64,000 bases of DNA. It comes from Candidatus Latescibacterota bacterium. Lineage in GTDB: Bacteria > Latescibacterota > UBA2968 > GCA-2709665. Where the stretch lies: positions 1,472,001 to 1,536,000 of the forward strand of contig OZ220733.1 of NCBI GenBank assembly GCA_965116875.1. Reading direction: 5' to 3'. Within the stretch, counting starts at the first letter, position 1; every line of letters starts with the position of its first letter. The position numbers and the translations under genes were made by a program. Shown here piece after piece: positions 28,177-36,916 of the stretch. The notes below the pieces were generated by a model. That model did no database searches and was not told the origin of the DNA. It saw only the letters and a list, made by a program, of their open reading frames with translations.

Positions 28177-29130
28177 TCATGCTCCCGTTTCCTCATCTTC
28201 ATAGAGCAGTTTGAGGAGCGCAAGGAAGAGCCGGTCCCGCCGGTTTCGAACCTGATCGATGGATTCGGGCGTGTACTGGTGGAAACCGCGTCCGGTTTTT
28301 ACTCCGTAGTGGCCATCCTCAACCAGCTTCCGGATGCTGCCCGGGAGTTCGGTGTCCGACCGGATTTCAGGAACCAGAATCCCGTAGACCAGCGCAGAGA
28401 CGTCGAGACCCCCGAAGTCCCGAACCGAAAGAGGCCCCGTGGCTGCCAGCCGGAATCCGACGCTGGCCCGGACCGCACGGTCGATGTCCTCCGGCTCGGC
28501 CACGCCCCGGTCAAGCAGGTCCCAGACCTCGCGCTGCATGGCGACCTGGATCCGGTTGACCAGAAAGCCCGGGAGTTCCTTCTTGAGGCGGACCGGTACC
28601 TTGCCGATTTTCTTCAGTACGTCTGCCGCGGTCTGTGCGGTACGCTCGGTCGTGCGTTCGCCGGGCACGACTTCCACGAGCGGTACGATGTGAGGGGGAT
28701 TGAACCAGTGGGTCACGACCGCTCGTCCGGGATGCACGAGGTCCCGGGCGATTTCCGTCATGGGAAAAGAGGACGTATTGCTGGCCAGAATCGTCTCCCG
28801 CGAGACAGACGTTTCCACTCTGGCGAAGAGCTCCCGCTTGACGTCCAGGTCCTCTCGAACGGCCTCCGTCACCAGCCCCGCGGGTTCCACGGCTTCACGT
28901 TCGCTGCTGATAACCGCGATGCGACCCAGCGTTTCCCGGGCGGAGTCCGTCGTATCCATTCCGGCCTGAATGCGTTGCCGCAGATTCGACTCGATACGGC
29001 CGGAAAGAGATTCGCGGGCCGCGGAAGATTCGTCATAGCAGCGGACAATATGGCCCGCCGCGGCGAATGCCTGCGCGATGCCATGGCCCATCGTGCCCAG
29101 GCCGATCACGGCAATTGTCTGGAGCGCCAT
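28177..29130 (-). CDS. 3-hydroxyacyl-CoA dehydrogenase family protein
   Basis: GLGTMGHG, EAVRE, ASNTSS, HWFNPP, GFLVNR. Confidence 0.92.
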   Translation of the reverse strand: MALQTIAVIGLGTMGHGIAQAFAAAGHIVRCYDESSAARESLSGRIESNLRQRIQAGMDTTDSARETLGRIAVISSEREAVEPAGLVTEAVREDLDVKRELFARVETSVSRETILASNTSSFPMTEIARDLVHPGRAVVTHWFNPPHIVPLVEVVPGERTTERTAQTAADVLKKIGKVPVRLKKELPGFLVNRIQVAMQREVWDLLDRGVAEPEDIDRAVRASVGFRLAATGPLSVRDFGGLDVSALVYGILVPEIRSDTELPGSIRKLVEDGHYGVKTGRGFHQYTPESIDQVRNRRDRLFLALLKLLYEDEETGA

Positions 29131-29215
29131 TTCAGTAGTCCCCGGGGGATGAACAGCGTCCGGCGTTTTCGGGGTATCCCCTGTTCCACTGTCCGAACCT
29201 GCTTGTGGTATGGGC

Positions 29216-29305
29216 TAACAGCCCGTTGAAAAAGCCCATCCGGGCTACCTGACTGCCAAGACTTCACTGGCAGGCCTGCAGAGCGACTATATCAACGGAC
29301 TGTTA
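29216..29305. mobile_element. MITE family A, copy 2 (90 bp, short internal form, opposite orientation)
   Basis: TAACAGCCCGTTGAAAAAGCCCATCCGGGCTAC...GCCTGCAGAGCGACTATATCAACGGACTGTTA; both ends match copy 1 in reverse complement. Confidence 0.8.
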
Positions 29306-30043
29306 AATCGTCTTGCCGCCGTCCACAACCAGGACCTGTCCGGTGACCAGTTCGTTCACAATCAGGCCCAGAATCCCGTTGGCGATATCTTCAGGTTCCG
29401 CGACGCGCTGAAGGGGCGTGGCCTCGCGATTCGCACGGATGAATTCGTCCCAGCCTTTTACCCAGCGCGTGTTGACGATACCGGGGGCCACGGCATTCAC
29501 CCGAATACGCGGCGCCTGGCTGATGGCCAGGGATTTGGTGAGGGATATCAGCGCCGCTTTGGAGGCGCAATACGCAATGGAACTTCCCTGCCCGCACGTG
29601 CCTGCGATCGATGCAACGTTGACGATCTGCCCACCGGCTTCGGGCATCCTGGGTATGGCTGCCCGGGCGCAGTAGAAGGCGCCCTTGACGTTGACGTCGA
29701 AGACCGGGTCCCAGGCCTCTTCGGTCAGCGCCTCCAGGTCGGCAAGCGGCACGAAGACGGTGGTACCCGCATTGTTGACCAGGACATCCAGTCGACCCAG
29801 TTCCTCAGCCACGCGGTCCACCATTTCGCGGACGGCGTTTTCGACCGACACGTCCGCGCGGATCGCGAGCGAGCTTCGGCCAAGCGCGCGGATTTCCGCG
29901 GCCGTGGCTTCGGCCTCGGTCATGGATCTCGAATAGTTGACGGCCACGTCGGCCCCTTCCGAGGCGAGGAGCAGGGAGGTCGCCCTGCCGATTCCCGTGC
30001 CGCCGCCGGTCACGAGCGCGACCTTTCCGTCCATACGGCCCAT
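29303..30043 (-). CDS. SDR family oxidoreductase
   Basis: TGGGTGIG, NNAG, YCASK, VAPG. Confidence 0.93.
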   Translation of the reverse strand: MGRMDGKVALVTGGGTGIGRATSLLLASEGADVAVNYSRSMTEAEATAAEIRALGRSSLAIRADVSVENAVREMVDRVAEELGRLDVLVNNAGTTVFVPLADLEALTEEAWDPVFDVNVKGAFYCARAAIPRMPEAGGQIVNVASIAGTCGQGSSIAYCASKAALISLTKSLAISQAPRIRVNAVAPGIVNTRWVKGWDEFIRANREATPLQRVAEPEDIANGILGLIVNELVTGQVLVVDGGKTI

Positions 30044-30260
30044 ATTGAGTCCTTTCTAACCTTGATTCGTACGTTTTCGTGGACGTTCATTCGTACTATG
30101 TCCAACTTGACAAAGGCGATTTAACTGCGGATTACCAGGATATACCAGTTCGCTTGACGTGAACGCAAACTTCCCCCGCATTCAGGCTCTTTGTGGCCAA
30201 TTTGACTGTTGTCTCTTTTCGAATTGAGGATGATTGGATGATAGGGGTTGTTCCCAGGCG

Positions 30261-31541
30261 TTACGAATCGCAAAACGGGATGGCCACGACGTCGCGGATG
30301 TGCCTGGCACCGGTAAGCACCATCAGAAGGCGATCGATGCCCAGTGCGATGCCTCCGGCCGGCGGCATACCGGCCTCGAGAGCCCCCAGAAATCGTTCGT
30401 CTATCGGGTACACCGGGCGGCCGCCGTGTTGTCGCTGCGCGGCTTCGTCTTCCAGGCGGGCTCTCTGTTCGGCGGGATCGTTCAGTTCCGTAAAGGCGTT
30501 GGCAAGTTCCACGCCGGACACATAGAGCTCGAACCGTTCCGCGATGCCGGGCGCGTTCTGTTTCAACCTGGCCAGCGCGGCCATTTCCGCGGGATAGTCC
30601 ACGAGAAACGTGGGACGCACCGCACCGAGGTGTTTTTCCACGGCGTCCAGAAACACCTTGAAGAAAGCGACCTCGAAAGGATCGCCCGAGGAGACCGAAC
30701 CGTGGCCCTGTTTCCGGGCTTCGTGAATAAACCCGTCCGGATCCCCGGCGGGATCGGCGCGCACGCCCGCGTACCTGGCAAATGCTTCCCGCACGCTCAG
30801 CCGTTGCCACGGCGGGGTAAAATCGACGGCTCGACCCCTGTACATGACCGACGAACTCCCGGTAATTTCACGCACCAGGCCATGAATCAGATTCTCGGTA
30901 TCTCCCATGATTGTGGTATAATCGGCGTACGCCCGGTACCATTCGAGGAGGGTGAATTCAGGACTGTGCATTGGACCGGGCGCGTCCTGGCGGAAGGACT
31001 TGCAGATCTGGAAGATGCGTTCGTACCCGGACGACAGGAGACGCTTCATCGCATATTCGGGTGAGGTGGGCAGGAAATAGCGCCGGGCGTGTCCGTTTTC
31101 GCTGTAGAGGGTTTCGAACGCGTCCAGATGGGGTTCCATGCCCGGGCTGGGGACGAGCAACGGGGTTTCGACCTCAAGGAATCCGGCGTTCTCGAAAAAG
31201 CGCCTGATAAACGACAGAACCCGGGCTCGCGTACGCAGAATCCGGGGGGCGGGCCCGGCTTCGGGAACGCGCAGCGCCGGCGCCAGCACACGGTGGTGCT
31301 GCACCTGAAATACAGGGGGCCGCCAGATACCCCGCAACTCGACAACGTCTGCAATGTGCAGATCTACCGTGGTCCGGCCGCACGCCAGGCCGACTTCGCC
31401 TGATTCATCAACCAGTCGCGGACCGTCCTCACCCCCGCCGGCGACGATCCGACCGGCCAATACTGCATCGTCGCCGGGCGCAAGTTCGGCGATGCGGTGG
31501 GTTCGTGCGCACCCGGCGGGATATTCTGCGGATTCGGGCAT
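30261..31541 (-). CDS. epmA: EF-P lysine aminoacylase EpmA/GenX with an N-terminal OB-fold-like extension
   Basis: EVETP...EPHLDAF, TSPEYAMKRLL, HSPEFTLLEWYR, ERFELY, ELANAFTEL, GIALGIDRL. Start uncertain (MPESAEYP chosen). Confidence 0.85.
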   Translation of the reverse strand: MPESAEYPAGCARTHRIAELAPGDDAVLAGRIVAGGGEDGPRLVDESGEVGLACGRTTVDLHIADVVELRGIWRPPVFQVQHHRVLAPALRVPEAGPAPRILRTRARVLSFIRRFFENAGFLEVETPLLVPSPGMEPHLDAFETLYSENGHARRYFLPTSPEYAMKRLLSSGYERIFQICKSFRQDAPGPMHSPEFTLLEWYRAYADYTTIMGDTENLIHGLVREITGSSSVMYRGRAVDFTPPWQRLSVREAFARYAGVRADPAGDPDGFIHEARKQGHGSVSSGDPFEVAFFKVFLDAVEKHLGAVRPTFLVDYPAEMAALARLKQNAPGIAERFELYVSGVELANAFTELNDPAEQRARLEDEAAQRQHGGRPVYPIDERFLGALEAGMPPAGGIALGIDRLLMVLTGARHIRDVVAIPFCDS

Positions 31542-31747
31542 AGACGTGGCCAAATGGTACGGGGATTTCCGGAAACAGGTCCAGGTAGCTGATTGATGAT
31601 TCTCAACTCCCCGGAAAGGCGACGTGGAATATAGGATAACCGGTGTCGAGGAGCAACAGGCATCCGTGCGGGACGGGATCTCCGACGGAAAAAAATCTCT
31701 TGCCGCCATTACATTTCTCGCGATATATTTCGTGGAGTGCGAGACCG

Positions 31748-32149
31748 GACCTACCCCCCATCCTGAAGGAAGAAGGAAGAAGGAAGAAGGAAAAAGTAGC
31801 GGTAACTTTGACGTCTGTCACTTCTGCAATCGGACTCTCGCAAGAATCGATTGGAAGCGGATTGCTTAGCAGTCCGTTGAGAAAGTCGCTCTGCAGGCGA
31901 GGCCGAGCCATTGTGGTCGAAGACAAGGCGCGCGACCGAGTCCCATCTTTCGATTCGGCGAGGGAGCGCAACGCAGTATTTCGACCGCAAGGGCCGGCCG
32001 TAGCCCGGATGGACTTTTTCAACGGGCTGTCAGGAGAGCGGAAAACCGGCGGCGTTTCCTTGTAAATCGGAGAGTCTATCAATGACCGGCACGCGAAACC
32101 TGGCCTTTCCCCCTCTTTCCTTTAGGAGAGAGGGTCGGGGAGAGAGGTC
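31748..32149. repeat. GACCT...AGGTC-bounded palindromic mosaic element (family C, copy 1; interrupted by MITE-A)
   Basis: Near-identical to 53352-53593 apart from the MITE insert; ends in a CCCTCTTTCC..GGAGAGAGGG palindrome. Confidence 0.75.
31867..32032. mobile_element. MITE family A, copy 3 (166 bp)
   Basis: TAGCAGTCCGTTGA / TCAACGGGCTGTCA ends; the empty site is visible at about 53468-53480. Confidence 0.85.
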
Positions 32150-32155
32150 GATAAA

Positions 32156-32353
32156 AGGCGGTGAGAGGGTAGAGGTGAGACGGGAGAAGAAGCCCTTGCC
32201 CGGTATGTTATTCCTTCTTGCTTCGGGCACGAAGAAAATCCTAACAAGGCAGGAAATCTCTACCGTCTACCGGCTTGCGTCTACCCGCTTTTACCTGACG
32301 GCTGATAGCTGATGACTGACAACTTGTTTCCTGACGGCTGATTGCTGATGGCT
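32156..32353. repeat. Family B cassette copy 2 followed by (GCTGANR)n heptamers
   Basis: Homologous to 951-1085; then CTGACGG CTGATAG CTGATGA CTGACAA...CTGACGG CTGATTG CTGATGG. Confidence 0.7.
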
Positions 32354-32394
32354 TCTCGTAAACCGCGGCACTCGTCACGGAGGATCTGCCTGAA

Positions 32395-32976
32395 ATGAAC
32401 CTTCGAATCACCCCGTATTCCATTTCACTGCCTTTCGCGCCTGTTGCCGCGATGGTGATACTCCTGGCTTCCGTTCCGGCGTCTGCCGGTACTTTCAAGG
32501 TCGGCGGCGGGATGTTCTTAAACAAGAATGAACCGGGCGGCGGCGTTTCCGTTGACCTTGGCGATAACGGAATGACGCTTTCGCCGTTTGTAGACTATTT
32601 CGGCAAGTCCGGCTCCCGCTTTTTCGGTGGCGGGCTCAATCTCGTATTCAAACGCACAGGAGGCGAAGAGTCGCAACTCTATATGGGCCTGGGAGGGGGG
32701 ATCGCCTCCGTTAACGTTGAAGAAAGTTCGGCGGGCATCACCGGTTCGGCGTCAAAGACGCAGGCGATGGCGGACCTCGTGCTGGGCGTGGAATTCGACC
32801 TGCACGAAAAAATCGGCGGGTTCATCCAGGTAAAATGGCTGGGGACCTTCGGCGGCGGCCGTGTGGACATCACGGGTTCAGTTGAAGGAAGGACGGTAAC
32901 GATTCCGAATGCGATCAACCTGGAATTCAGAAACTTCGCGGTCCAGACCGGAGTCACGGTGGGTTTCTGGCGCTGA
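32395..32976 (+). CDS. Outer-membrane beta-barrel protein (small 8-stranded type), paralog 1
   Basis: Signal peptide ending ASA; amphipathic Gly/aromatic strands; YMGLGGG; terminal strand GVTVGF. Confidence 0.75.
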   Translation: MNLRITPYSISLPFAPVAAMVILLASVPASAGTFKVGGGMFLNKNEPGGGVSVDLGDNGMTLSPFVDYFGKSGSRFFGGGLNLVFKRTGGEESQLYMGLGGGIASVNVEESSAGITGSASKTQAMADLVLGVEFDLHEKIGGFIQVKWLGTFGGGRVDITGSVEGRTVTIPNAINLEFRNFAVQTGVTVGFWR

Positions 32977-33161
32977 TCGTGCCTCCGGCGGCCAGAGAAT
33001 ACAAATGGATGTCTGGATCGCATCGGTTGACCTGTACCGGCGCGTCCGGCGGTTTTTGGGTTGATTTTCAGCGGCATTTTGGCGATTATTGTTGGGATTG
33101 AACACTTCTTGTATCCTGGAGAGTCACCCATCCAGGCCGGACCGGTACAGGGGAGGAATGA

Positions 33162-33764
33162 ATGCAGGCGCTTATCCGCGTTCTCATTGCTGTTTGTTTC
33201 GCTGTAATGTTCACCGCTTCTGACGCGTGGGCGCAGCACGCGCTAAAGTTGGGCGCGGGCATACACTTCGATGAACAGACGCCAGGCATCGGACTCGCGT
33301 ATGACATCAGCGCCTCGGAGGGACTGGTGGCATTTTCGCCATTTATCGATTTCTTTTCGAAATCCGAAAGCACCGTCTTCGGCGGCGGCCTGAATCTTAT
33401 CGTGAAACGTCCCGCGGGCGAAAATGGAATCATCTACTTCGGAGGCGGGGGTGGAATCGGCAGCGTGACATCCAAGAGGGAATTTGACGTTGACATCGGT
33501 GATACCACCGATCAGTCGCTTGAAACGGTCGAAGCTTCAAGAACCCAGGCCATGGTCACTGTGCTGGCCGGCCTGGAGTTCGCCACAACCGAAAGGGCGT
33601 CTGTCTTCCTGCAGGGGAAGTGGATTGGCATGTACAGCGGAGACCCGGAAGTCATCCGTCTCTCCAGCGGCCAGGACGTGGCGCCCGAACTGGACATTAA
33701 GAGTTTTGCATTTCAGATTGGCCTCTCTCTCAATATCGGCCAATCGGAATATGAAGATTATTAG
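33162..33764 (+). CDS. Outer-membrane beta-barrel protein, paralog 2
   Basis: GGAGG RBS; signal peptide ending AWA; SPFIDFFSKS..FGGGLNL shared with paralog 1. Confidence 0.78.
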   Translation: MQALIRVLIAVCFAVMFTASDAWAQHALKLGAGIHFDEQTPGIGLAYDISASEGLVAFSPFIDFFSKSESTVFGGGLNLIVKRPAGENGIIYFGGGGGIGSVTSKREFDVDIGDTTDQSLETVEASRTQAMVTVLAGLEFATTERASVFLQGKWIGMYSGDPEVIRLSSGQDVAPELDIKSFAFQIGLSLNIGQSEYEDY

Positions 33765-33815
33765 CAACGCATGTCACGCATGAAACAGGACTCGACCGCG
33801 CGTATTGGAGGCATA

Positions 33816-34319
33816 ATGAGAATTCGTATTATGGTTTTGCTGTCCGGCCTTGCGTTACTGGCGGCCACACCTGCCTACGCAAGAGATTTCGGGATGAATC
33901 TGGGAGGCGGTACTCTCTTCGACCCCACCAGGCCGGGCGGTCACTTTTCGTTCGAGATGTCGCTTAGCGACGAGTATCCCACTCACCTGGCGCCTTTTTT
34001 TGAATTCTACAGCAAGTCGGGGACAAAGATCATACCGATCGGTATCTCACTGCTGTACAAACCGCCGCTTTCCGAATACGGAGGCACGATCTATTTCGGC
34101 GCAGGCGGAGGCGCGTTGCTGATCCGGGGGCAACCCACGGCGGGCCTGACAACCGGCACCGACGGGATGATCACCGTGGCGGGCGGGTTGTCGTTTGGCG
34201 TGGGGCCCAGTGCCGGAGTGTTCGTTCAGGTACGCTGGTTCAGGTCTTTTGAAGACCAGACGGCAGAAAACGAAATCGGTGTTCAGGCCGGGATACGATT
34301 CTTCCTCCCGGGAGATTGA
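33816..34319 (+). CDS. Outer-membrane beta-barrel protein, paralog 3
   Basis: GGAGG RBS; signal peptide ending AYA; APFFEFYSKSG, IYFGAGGG, VFVQVRW, GIRF. Confidence 0.78.
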   Translation: MRIRIMVLLSGLALLAATPAYARDFGMNLGGGTLFDPTRPGGHFSFEMSLSDEYPTHLAPFFEFYSKSGTKIIPIGISLLYKPPLSEYGGTIYFGAGGGALLIRGQPTAGLTTGTDGMITVAGGLSFGVGPSAGVFVQVRWFRSFEDQTAENEIGVQAGIRFFLPGD

Positions 34320-34355
34320 TTGACGTACAACTGACGGGTTGAATGCTGAAATCCC

Positions 34356-34394
34356 AAAGCGCCGGCGCCCCTCTTCGGGGCCCCGGCGCTTTTC
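34356..34394. terminator. Intrinsic terminator (probably bidirectional) between convergent genes
   Basis: AAAGCGCCGGCGCCCC-TCTTC-GGGGCCCCGGCGCTTTT. Confidence 0.7.
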
Positions 34395-34468
34395 CTCTGG
34401 TTCCTGGAAACCGTTTTTAAAACTCCCAGCGGTCTTCGAGCGGCTGCCGGGAATCCGCCCCGGCCCTG

Positions 34469-35968
34469 TCAACTCCTGTTTCGCAGCAGGTCAACCAGAA
34501 GGCGCACACCCACGCCCGTGCCGCCCCTGGGAACGTACGGCAGGTCCTTGTTCGCCCAGGCCGTGCCGGCAATGTCCAGGTGAGCCCAGGGAAAGTCCTG
34601 CACGAAGGCTTCGATGAACGCCGCGCCCGTGATGGCGCCACCCGCGCGGCCGCCGGTGTTCTTCAGATCGGCAACGTCGCTCTTCATCTCCTCCCGATGG
34701 CCGTCCAGAACGGGAAGGCGCCACGCGATTTCATCCGTCCTTTCTCCTGCAGCCGCAATTTCAGCCGCCAGTGCGTCGTCGTTTGAGAAGAGCCCGCTGG
34801 CCTCGTGTCCCAGGGCGATGACGCATGCGCCGGTGAGGGTGGCAAGATCGATCGCCGCGGAGGGTTTGTAGCGGGCGGCATAGGCCACGGCGTCGGCCAG
34901 GACCAGGCGGCCTTCGGCGTCCGTAGACCGGATTTCGATGGTTTTTCCCAGCATGGAGCGGACAATGTCGCCCGGCTTGAGCGCGCGACTGCCGGGCATG
35001 TTTTCCGAGGCGGCCACAAGGCCGATCGTGCGTACCGGCAAATCCAGCCGCGCCACAGCCTGCATCGCGCCGATGACGGCGGCGGCGCCTCCCATGTCGA
35101 ACTTCATATCCCACATGCCCTCGGAGCCCTTGATGGAAATGCCGCCGGAATCGAATGTAATCCCCTTTCCAATCAGCACCGCCGGCGCCGCTTCCGGATC
35201 ATCGCCCTCGTGTTCAAGAACAATGAACCTGGGGGGTTGCGCGCTGCCCTGCGCCACCGCCTGGATGGTGCGCATGCCTTCGCCTGCAATCCGCTCCTCG
35301 TCGAAGATCTCGCACCGCAGACCCGTTTCATGGGCCATGGTTTCGGCCCGTCCGGCGAGTATGGCGGGTGTCATTTCGTTTCCCGGATGGCTTCCCAGGT
35401 CCCGGGCCAGGCACGCGGCTTCGGCGATGATTCGCCCCGCATCCGAACCGTTTTCAACATCGGTCTTTTTGCCCGCATCGAATTCGACCAGTGTAAGTCC
35501 TTCCAATTCGTTATTGTCGTCGTCGTCCGCGGTCTTGTACGGCGTAAAGCGGTACGTCCCGAGAACGGCGCCCTCGACAACGGCCTGGGCCGCGGCTGAG
35601 ACGTCCAGACCACCCACCCCGCCGCCGTGAACCAACGTGGCCAGCTGTTCCGCGCCCAGGCCGCGGGCGTGACGCGCCGCGGCGGCGGAGACCTGCCGTA
35701 CCCGGTCGAGGGTGAATTCCTCGCGTTTGCCAAGACCAACAAGAAGGAGACGCTTCGCGGAAATGCCATCCCGCGGATAGAGTACGGCAATCTGTTTGAA
35801 CTTTCCCGTGAAATCGCCGGTTTCAATCAGCTCCCGGACCTGGCCGTTCAGTGCGGCGTCCACCGCGCCGGTGGCGCCGCCGGGTACCGTGACGCCCTCG
35901 AACAGATTCAGCACAATCGCGTCCGTTTCCCACTCTACGATGTTTTCAATCGCTACGGATATGTCCAC
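34469..35968 (-). CDS. pepA: Leucyl aminopeptidase (M17)
   Basis: GKGITFDSGG, MKFDMGG, STDAEGRL, DLATLTG, WAHLDIAG; AGGAGG RBS and GTG start. Confidence 0.95.
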   Translation of the reverse strand: MDISVAIENIVEWETDAIVLNLFEGVTVPGGATGAVDAALNGQVRELIETGDFTGKFKQIAVLYPRDGISAKRLLLVGLGKREEFTLDRVRQVSAAAARHARGLGAEQLATLVHGGGVGGLDVSAAAQAVVEGAVLGTYRFTPYKTADDDDNNELEGLTLVEFDAGKKTDVENGSDAGRIIAEAACLARDLGSHPGNEMTPAILAGRAETMAHETGLRCEIFDEERIAGEGMRTIQAVAQGSAQPPRFIVLEHEGDDPEAAPAVLIGKGITFDSGGISIKGSEGMWDMKFDMGGAAAVIGAMQAVARLDLPVRTIGLVAASENMPGSRALKPGDIVRSMLGKTIEIRSTDAEGRLVLADAVAYAARYKPSAAIDLATLTGACVIALGHEASGLFSNDDALAAEIAAAGERTDEIAWRLPVLDGHREEMKSDVADLKNTGGRAGGAITGAAFIEAFVQDFPWAHLDIAGTAWANKDLPYVPRGGTGVGVRLLVDLLRNRS

Positions 35969-36109
35969 AAAACCTCCTGTTGGTGACGGTTGGCGCTGTC
36001 CCGGTTTCCGCATTTCCCCCCGCGTAACCGCCTGTTCGAATTGCTCTCATCGCATTGCGCAAGAATCGCCGGCACATGGGGGGCCGGCAAATGCGCTGTG
36101 TATCCGGCG

Positions 36110-36748
36110 CTACCACGGGTCAGAACGCCCCGAAAAAAAGGGATTGCTCGATTTCTCAAGGCCCACGGTGGTGAAGGGTCCATGACCGGGATAGATTTTC
36201 GTTTCGTCGTCCAGAGTCAGAATCTTCTCCCGTATAGACCTGAGCAATAGGTCCGCATCGCCGCCCGGCAGGTCGGTGCGGCCGATGGAGCCGGCAAAGA
36301 GACTGTCCCCGACGATCGCGTGCCCCGGCCACTTGAGGGTGATATTGCCCCGTGCGTGGCCCGGCGTGTGGACAATCTCAAGGGTTTCCTCACCCATGCT
36401 GACGACGTCGCCCTCGCGAAGGAAACGATCGATGCGCGGCGGCGGCTCCGCGTCCATACCGACGGATCCGGCGATTTCGACGAGGTTTTCCACCTGGTAG
36501 CGGTCGGCGGGATGTATTGCAAACGGGGCGCCGGTTTCGCGGACCGCCGAGGCCGCGTGCGCGATGTGGTCGTAATGTCCGTGGGTGGCTATGACTTCCA
36601 CGACGCGGATGTCGTCTTCCAGGACGAGTTCCATGACCTCCGGGACGTTGTCGCCAGGATCGACGATAATGCCCTCGAGGGTTTTTTCGCAGGCCAGGAC
36701 GAAGCAGTTCACCTGCAACGGACCGACTATGATTGATTTGAAGATCAA
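36110..36748 (-). CDS. MBL-fold metallo-hydrolase (glyoxalase II/YcbL-like)
   Basis: THGHYDH, HTPGH, GDSLF..SIGRTDLPGG, PGHG; GAGGTG RBS and TTG start. Confidence 0.92.
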   Translation of the reverse strand: MIFKSIIVGPLQVNCFVLACEKTLEGIIVDPGDNVPEVMELVLEDDIRVVEVIATHGHYDHIAHAASAVRETGAPFAIHPADRYQVENLVEIAGSVGMDAEPPPRIDRFLREGDVVSMGEETLEIVHTPGHARGNITLKWPGHAIVGDSLFAGSIGRTDLPGGDADLLLRSIREKILTLDDETKIYPGHGPFTTVGLEKSSNPFFSGRSDPW

Positions 36749-36759
36749 GAAACACCTCG

Positions 36760-36865
36760 CGGGCGCCCACAAGGGACGCCCCTACCAATGCAACGTCGGC
36801 GCCGAACCCGGAGCGTTAAATTCGTGGATGTCTGGTATTGTAGGGGCGTCCCTTGTGGGCGCCCG
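36760..36865. repeat. REPIN-like inverted pair of GTAG-type REPs
   Basis: CGGGCGCCCACAAGGGACGCCCCTAC ... GTAGGGGCGTCCCTTGTGGGCGCCCG. Confidence 0.82.
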
Positions 36866-36916
36866 GAAAATAGCACCGGCGACGCATGATCATGTACCGC
36901 AAATTGCCAATTTGAA

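Noticed and set aside
31750-32355. Possible CRISPR array in the repeat-rich intergenic regions
   Set aside because: No constant 23-47 bp repeats with unique, evenly sized spacers, and no cas genes.
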